12,189 nucleotides of DNA, taken from NCBI GenBank assembly GCA_027452085.1, contig DAIDHG010000026.1, positions 1 through 12,189 of the forward strand, read 5' to 3'. Source of the stretch: a bacterium. GTDB lineage: Bacteria > Babelota > Babeliae > Babelales > JABCYS01. The translations under genes and the position numbers were made by a program. Below, one piece after another: positions 7,701-12,189 of this stretch; position 1 is the first letter of the stretch; each line of letters opens with the position of its first letter. A model generated the notes under the pieces. The model ran no database searches and was not told the DNA's origin. It was given only the letters and a program-made list of their open reading frames with translations.

Positions 7701-8306
7701 AGTGATAAGATTTTTATCATAGCGGCCACGAATTGCGAAAAAGATTTGGAGGAAGCCATTATTCGCTCCGGTCGATTTAATACTATAAAAAAAATCGATC
7801 TCCCCGCCTTACCTGATCGAGCAGCTTTGCTTAAACATTATTTGGATCCTTGGCGCGCATTTCATAATCTATACCCCCCAAATGCCACCGCTGAGCAATT
7901 GGCCCAGTCGCCCATTTGGAAAATAGCAACAGACACCAAGGATTTTGCGCAATCTGATTTGCAAGCTCTGGTTGACGTAGCATTTCAAATTGCATCCAAA
8001 GAAAAATCTAAAACGTTAGAAGTGAACCATCTCTCGGCCGCGGTCAAAGAAGTGCACAATGTGATTCTCCAACGAAAAGATCGCAATAAAAATATGCAGG
8101 AAAAACAGTTAGACGAATCAATACGTTCACGCCAACAGGGTGAAGAACAATTTAATAAATCGCAAGGTAAAGGCCGAGCCCAATATATTGGTGGTGCAAT
8201 GTTATCGGGAGCTATTCAGGGCGCTTCAATGGGTGGGGGATGGGGAGCTGCAGCTGGGGCCGCGGCGGGTGTCATAATAAGCGGTGTATCTTGGGCATTT
8301 GGATAA
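4722..8306 (+). CDS. AAA+ ATPase with four tandem classic-clade (Cdc48/p97/FtsH-type) modules, N-terminal signal-like peptide and C-terminal glycine zipper
   Basis: Walker A: GPSGTGKT (5037-5060) and GPPGTGKT (5826-5849, 6627-6650, 7407-7430). Walker B: LIVEDID, LFIDEID, LIVDEVD, IFIDEFE. Second region of homology with Arg fingers in modules 2-4: ALIRSGRF, ALVRTGRF, AIIRSGRF. No protease domain seen. Confidence 0.92.
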   Translation: MIKFRWLLLIMPSVLLPNIFSTLAEFNQHNRAQAYAAFNYFIRGQKAAASPSQSMPMASNKRFAAATLHEMHGLPKPIQDRLPHFNALRANEEHTIPLPRAFIFFGPSGTGKTTAAYAIARQLGFESTQVFGAQFFNQYIGESQRNVEKLFEQLRALQKKVMLIVEDIDALIGQRVIKEHPEYRAAADRFIAELSMQCNENIYVIGTTKNISEVSAVLKHNGNLEQEFVEFALPSGPERDKIVRAGLARMHYQPSNELAQSLVEHTHYLSPQDIALVLSKINAADLNQSGDAIIEAFERKRREKNEEAQRAAAESEPFFAPPVEPRITFNDLGGTMPVEIAHLLQKFTAPQSCIQIRGADDAGGLLLYGPPGTGKTSLGEAFAGQARAKFVYVAATSINDGTIGSGARHVESIFRQVKQYIERNPTDRVVLFIDEIDAVGTRQQGDHAEYGNTLNALKIALSDIAKNKSVFVIAATNHKGLLDPALIRSGRFNTQLLIPLPHHENRALILRHYLNKVPHTIAAQDLDAYVDRLAQQTDGFNCADLQSIILDKACTLANVAHEAAISQMHIDQGLMAVRKGHFDRLKDEMPYRMEHDPSLGLENILGIPNQVMNHLADLKTYARSRNQAPRGLLLYGPPGTGKTTLAKAIAQASGFDAAFIVAPQLFNFAEGSAAVSKLFEQLRSTQRPTVLIVDEVDKIGSKHAIETVPGASSVATMFWNELSNPLNHMIFVIATTNKPEQLEEALVRTGRFDTKVSIDLPDNNVRGQIIDFYLRQHGLEIGVEPLNELVKLTKNYSGQDIKTFIMGARRECKRGEEQTAMMKNLRAIIEADRKARIEQARRLLKENAPFTISEPTKSIKDIAGKIDADILTLMQDFKAGHTNFNRTVPQGLLLHGPPGTGKTLLAEVFASQAQARFISISAGSFAQKYVGEGPQMIKSMFALAKSYAEEGGKIVIFIDEFEAVAVQRRNNDNREDIRMVGELLVGLAAVNDMSDKIFIIAATNCEKDLEEAIIRSGRFNTIKKIDLPALPDRAALLKHYLDPWRAFHNLYPPNATAEQLAQSPIWKIATDTKDFAQSDLQALVDVAFQIASKEKSKTLEVNHLSAAVKEVHNVILQRKDRNKNMQEKQLDESIRSRQQGEEQFNKSQGKGRAQYIGGAMLSGAIQGASMGGGWGAAAGAAAGVIISGVSWAFG

Positions 8307-8309
8307 GTT

Positions 8310-8963
8310 ATGATTTGCCTCTTGTTAATGTTGTTTCTCCCTCTTTCGCTTCAGGCCCGCCTGCTTGATACGTTACCATGCCTTGATACGGCCCCTGTTT
8401 TTCGTTCTTCCGATTCAGGCATCACCATCGCAGCCCAATATTTTACCTCAGATGATTGCAAAACCTATTTCGGCACAGATCTCATTAAACAAGGATATCG
8501 CCCCTTGCTCGTGCAGATGAACAACCAAACAGATGAGATATACATCGTTGAACCGGATGCCATACGAGAGTTGATTCTTGTGTGCCCCCATACCATATAT
8601 GATATTTTAAAATTCAACGTTTGGTCATACGTGTCCTTGCTCGCATTCTCTGTTTGGTATAGGGCACCATACGCCGTGCCCATGGTGGTGGCCGTGCCTG
8701 CCATTGTATTGCATCGTTACAACCAACATTTGTGGCAGAACATACAGGGGAAACTGCTGGATCCTCAACATGCGCTCTATATGTATCCAGGCCAATCAAT
8801 AACCAAGATACTGTTTTGCTTTGATTATTCTTGCAGCTCACAATTTTCAATAGAGCTTATGGATGAATCCATGACGAAAACCAGTCAAGTGACCATCGAT
8901 TTGTTGGACACCGTGCGCGAGCAAACAGGAAATCCATTATTGCCCGGTCTTATGGTTGTATAA
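8310..8963 (+). CDS. Secreted/membrane hypothetical protein (217 aa), paralogue of 3990-4646
   Basis: Starts 3 nt after the ATPase stop. Signal-like MICLLLMLFLPLSLQA and central hydrophobic hairpin VWSYVSLLAFSVWYRAPYAVPMVVAVPAIVL. Shares motifs with the 3990-4646 product. Confidence 0.8.
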   Translation: MICLLLMLFLPLSLQARLLDTLPCLDTAPVFRSSDSGITIAAQYFTSDDCKTYFGTDLIKQGYRPLLVQMNNQTDEIYIVEPDAIRELILVCPHTIYDILKFNVWSYVSLLAFSVWYRAPYAVPMVVAVPAIVLHRYNQHLWQNIQGKLLDPQHALYMYPGQSITKILFCFDYSCSSQFSIELMDESMTKTSQVTIDLLDTVREQTGNPLLPGLMVV

Positions 8964-8964
8964 T

Positions 8965-9480
8965 ATGAGCTATCAAATCTTAACGCTACTTGGCCAAGCA
9001 TTTATTTTATTGTGTGATCTGCATTCCGTTGGCTTTGCCTTTCATGAGATGCACCGATATATTTGTAGTAATAAAGCTAAAAACCAGTTGTTTTTATCTG
9101 GTTACGGCGAGCATGATCTTACCACTCGTCCATTAAATTCAGCAGCATACAATAGGTATGCTCAATTCTCTCCCAATGATTTCTTTGCATTATTTTCAAC
9201 AGTAGTGCCACAGGATCAGGAGCATGAAATTCCAAAAACACGCTCCATAATTTGCTCACACTACAATCTCTATCAATTTCCAGCATTCATTGCCTTTATT
9301 CGATCCTTCCCTGAATATCCCAACCATCTGCTGCAGATAGCTCGGCGGCTGAAAAAGGACAAAAATTTCCATCAACTCATGAGCGGCGTGCAAGGATTTG
9401 AAAAGCATGGTTTCTGCGCATTTGTAAAAGATGAATGTGCGGCCTTTAGTTTGGATGATATTTCTTTGCCGTGTTGTTAG
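8965..9480 (+). CDS. Hypothetical protein (~171 aa) with hydrophobic N-terminus
   Basis: ATG at 8965 lies 1 nt after the upstream TAA (the track start TTG 8956 overlaps the previous gene). A partial homologous copy at 12131-12189 supports it being a real gene family. Confidence 0.6.
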   Translation: MSYQILTLLGQAFILLCDLHSVGFAFHEMHRYICSNKAKNQLFLSGYGEHDLTTRPLNSAAYNRYAQFSPNDFFALFSTVVPQDQEHEIPKTRSIICSHYNLYQFPAFIAFIRSFPEYPNHLLQIARRLKKDKNFHQLMSGVQGFEKHGFCAFVKDECAAFSLDDISLPCC

Positions 9481-9587
9481 CTGTGGGAAAAATAGTTGAA
9501 TAGATGCGATATTGAACAATCTCGTGGTTAAATCATTGTAGGCAGGGATGAGGTCTTATTTAATGAATATCGTGATATTCCTGCATA

Positions 9588-9625
9588 AAATAAGGCTAAT
9601 CAAGAGAGCTTGACCAGCCTTATTT
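9588..9625 (-). terminator. Intrinsic terminator hairpin between convergent genes, possibly bidirectional
   Basis: Arms aaataaggctaatcaag and cttgaccagccttattt around a 4-nt loop (agag). The two mismatches become G-U pairs on the minus-strand transcript, which ends in a U-rich run, 14 nt past the stop at 9640. Confidence 0.75.
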
Positions 9626-9639
9626 ATAAAAACCGTTAG

Positions 9640-10484
9640 TTATTGTGCATTGCGCTGACGCACAACTTTGTTAATAATTTCAGTGCGCTCAGCTGCCGTT
9701 GGCCAATTGTTAAATATTGTTAAAGCTGGGGAAGAGCCAAGTTTATATGGAAATCCAGCATGTTCATTCTCTTTATCAATTGCACTAGCTAACGCTGAAG
9801 GATCGATTAAATGTGATGCAGCTTCACGATCTGCAGATGCTATTTTCGAACGCAACCAATGTTGGGCTCCTAGTGAAACAAGAAACCATGGTAAGCCAAC
9901 GCCACCCGTGGCGAGTACAGTGGTTGCAGCAACATGAGGCTTTCCGCAGTCCAAGGCAAGGTCGCGCAGGCAGTAATAGAGTCGTGCATGCCGTAACTTT
10001 ATCTGTAACACGGCCTGTGTTAAGTATGCTCGCAGCTCATCCCTTGTAAGGAGCTCAAGCGTACCTTGGGTAAGGGTGATTGCTGCATATCGTGGAGACC
10101 ATCCGTGCACGACTGCATTAATTTTACCCATCCATAGATTGGCGTTTGTTTCGGAGTTTTGAATGATGTAAAGTTTTGGTACCGGAACATTTAGCTGATG
10201 CAAATTTGTGCCACATCAAGGTAGATCTGTTTATATTCTTTTCGATCTAATTCTTGTGCCCACCCCCAAAAATTTATGGCCTCATACCAACGTCGAGCAA
10301 ACGTGTCGGGCCATACCGCTCCAATAAGACCGTCTACCATCCCACCTAGAGAATGCCCAATTTTTTGAGTTTGCTGCTTTCTAGGCAATAGAAATTCATG
10401 TTCTTTCGGGTTTGCTGTTGAAGAGATTGCATTATTGCAAACCCCAGCAACTAGAAATAAAGAGAGAGCAATTTTGTAGTTCAT
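9640..10484 (-). pseudogene. HtpX/M48-like peptidase homologue, split by a frameshift near 10200 and lacking HExxH
   Basis: The upstream ORF (ATG 10484, AAAGGA RBS, signal peptide) ends AQELDRKEYKQIYLDVAQIC. The -1 frame continues HQLNVPVPKLYII...NA...G.SP..AAITLTQGTLELLTRDELRAYL, ADREAA, P.ALASAI.K, WPTAAER. These match the HtpX layout. The frameshift could be a sequencing error. Confidence 0.7.
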
Positions 10485-10687
10485 CAAAATCCTTTTAGCT
10501 ATCAAAGGTGTTGTTATAGGCCGCGAAATGGTAGCTCAAAAACAGGTGGGTAAGCATAAAATTTTTGTGCCCATGCCGTTGATTAACTCTGCGTAAGTCA
10601 TGGCTTGGAGGTGTAACTTTTGCCCCAAGCTTGCTCACGCCCTACAGCGCCTTTGTCGTTGGAGCGATAGTCCCATTTTGAACCAAA

Positions 10688-11806
10688 TTATTTTCTTGGT
10701 GACACGTTATCAAGAAATCTTTGTGCAGTACTTTTTGCAATAGCATTCTCATTCTGATTAGCTGCTAACTCAAAGAAGCTTCGCGCTCGTTCATAATCTT
10801 TTTGCACACCTCTGCCAAAATAATAGATTTCTCCAAGCCACCTTTGTGCAGCTGCGCGTGCAATAGGACCTTTATTCTGATTAGCGGCTAACTCAAAGAG
10901 TTCTCGCGCTCGTTCATAATCTTTTTGAACACCTTTGGCCAAATAATAGATTTCTCCAAGAAATCTATGTGCCTCTGCTTGCGTAATAGCATTCTCATTC
11001 TGATTAGCGGCTAACTCAAAGAATTCTCGCGCTCGTTTATAATCTTCTTGAACACCTCTACCAAAATAATAGATTTCTCCGAGACGCCTTTGTGCAGCTG
11101 CGCGTACAATAGGATCTTCATTTTGATTAGCGGCAAGTTCAAAGAAGCTTCGCGCTTGTTCATAATCTTTTTGAACACCTTTACCACAATAATAGATTTC
11201 TCCCAGTCTCAATTGTGCTTGTGCGCGGGCAGTAGGGGATATAGTAGGCATTATTAACAATTTTGAGGTGTTATTAATAATGTTTTGGTAATTTTCTAAG
11301 CGATCATCGAATGAATCGTCTCTAGCTAGTGGCTGTTCTCCCATCTCATTCGACAAGTCAATGTCCAGAAAATTTGCGAATAACAATCTAATTGCATCAT
11401 GGTCCTCGATGTTTGTTTGCCAATCCTGATCTTGCTGAGTATCAATGTCATCATGTAATTGCATATCGACATGGATCCATTCAAAATCCGGTGAGTTAGA
11501 GTCGGTTGCTGCATCCTTTTCATCAGTATTCACTTTACTTCCGATTTTCAGATACCTAAGTCTTTCAAGCATTTCATTTGCCAATTGATCTTGTCCATTG
11601 CTTCTCATGTCTTTTGCTAATATGTTGGCTTCTCTTTCTAGATCGTCAGTTATACTTTGGGTACAATGCAATTTTTTTATAAAGGCATTATATACCTGCA
11701 TATCTTTTTGCTGCTGTATTTGCAATGCAGATAAGGAAGAAGTGCACATAGCATTTGTAGTATAGGTAACAAAAAGCATGCTTATTATGAATTGATATAA
11801 GTTCAT
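10688..11806 (-). CDS. Secreted Sel1-like repeat (SLR) protein, putative effector
   Basis: Likely start is ATG 11806 (AAGGG upstream; signal-like MNLYQFIISMLFVTYTTNAM). Acidic middle region, then four repeats of LGEIYYxGxGVxxDYxxARxxFELAANQ. Confidence 0.88.
   Translation of the reverse strand: MNLYQFIISMLFVTYTTNAMCTSSLSALQIQQQKDMQVYNAFIKKLHCTQSITDDLEREANILAKDMRSNGQDQLANEMLERLRYLKIGSKVNTDEKDAATDSNSPDFEWIHVDMQLHDDIDTQQDQDWQTNIEDHDAIRLLFANFLDIDLSNEMGEQPLARDDSFDDRLENYQNIINNTSKLLIMPTISPTARAQAQLRLGEIYYCGKGVQKDYEQARSFFELAANQNEDPIVRAAAQRRLGEIYYFGRGVQEDYKRAREFFELAANQNENAITQAEAHRFLGEIYYLAKGVQKDYERARELFELAANQNKGPIARAAAQRWLGEIYYFGRGVQKDYERARSFFELAANQNENAIAKSTAQRFLDNVSPRK
10715..11227 (-). repeat. Four tandem 123-bp coding repeats (41-aa Sel1-like units)
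   Basis: The motif tt(c/t)tgattagc recurs at 10752, 10875, 10998 and 11121, an exact 123-nt period with high nucleotide identity. Confidence 0.92.
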
Positions 11807-12127
11807 GACGTAAACCCTTGAAGTGATAAGATGTTGACGAAAAAACGAGAAGAACGGTAGCATGTTTTTGCATATGGTCAAGTTTGTTATATAGATGTGA
11901 AATTTTTCCTCTTAATTACGAGGTTTCATTGTAGTTAAACAAGCTCTGTCGGCCAATCTGGCCAGTTTCGTGATGTGGTAGCAAGAAATATAGATAACAA
12001 AAAATTCAACATTGCACTGACCGAACAGATTCGGAAGTCATATGTCATTCACGTGATAACCAAGGTTAGATCGAACGATAAAAACATGTTTTTTATGCTT
12101 TGAGAGTCTAAATAAAACGAGATCAAC

Positions 12128-12189
12128 ATGGCAGCATACAATAGGTATGCCCCAATTCTCGCTCGATGATTTCTTTGTCTTTTTTATCT
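12128..12189 (+). pseudogene. Frameshifted partial paralogue of the 8965-9480 gene, running off the window
   Basis: 12131-12150 is identical to 9142-9161 (gcagcatacaataggtatgc). After a 1-nt insertion the similarity continues (QFSLDDFFVFF vs QFSPNDFFALF). The ATG 12128 frame stops after MAAYNRYAPILAR. Confidence 0.65.

Noticed and set aside
4813..7759. Many short antisense and alternate-frame ORFs inside the ATPase
   Set aside because: They are shadows of the real gene; the recurring VLPVPGGP is just the antisense reading of the Walker A codons.
4722..8306. Calling the ATPase ftsH or cdc48
   Set aside because: There is no M41 HExxH protease domain, no N-terminal TM pair and no Cdc48 N-domain, and it has four modules, so no gene symbol was assigned.
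10195..10210. Programmed -1 frameshift at AAATTTG
   Set aside because: The heptamer is out of phase (CAA ATT TGC rather than A AAT TTG) and no clear stimulatory hairpin was seen. Mutation or sequencing error is more likely.
10547..10573. Imperfect inverted repeat gcataaaa/ttttgtgc as a terminator
   Set aside because: The stem is AT-rich with essentially no loop and no convincing U-tract.
10715..11227. Periodic repeats as a CRISPR array
   Set aside because: The period is 123 nt, in frame, with no unique spacers, and it encodes Sel1-like repeats. No cas genes are present.
12049..12056. Palindrome TCACGTGA as an operator
   Set aside because: A single 8-bp palindrome is expected by chance, and there is no second copy or cognate regulator in the window.

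Overview
This is a gene-dense accessory region of a bacterium. The run of signal-peptide-bearing, effector-like proteins (Sel1 repeats, Cdc48-like ATPase, polymorphic toxin) suggests an intracellular lineage such as Candidatus Babeliae/Dependentiae; that taxonomy is inference only. Left: a 5'-truncated large protein with a Pro/Gly linker and a C-terminal PD-(D/E)xK nuclease-like domain, followed at once by an AT-rich putative immunity gene. Centre: a divergon built around a 1194-aa protein with four tandem classic-clade AAA+ modules in an ABAB pattern, an N-terminal signal-like peptide and a C-terminal glycine zipper. It is flanked on both sides by two paralogues of one uncharacterised secreted/membrane family, with mirror-image overlapping sigma70-like promoters in the divergent gap. 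Right: an unknown gene with a frameshifted partial copy at the window end, a terminator, a frameshifted HtpX/M48-like gene lacking HExxH, and a secreted protein with four 41-aa Sel1-like repeats. No RNA genes, CRISPR arrays or transposases were recognised.
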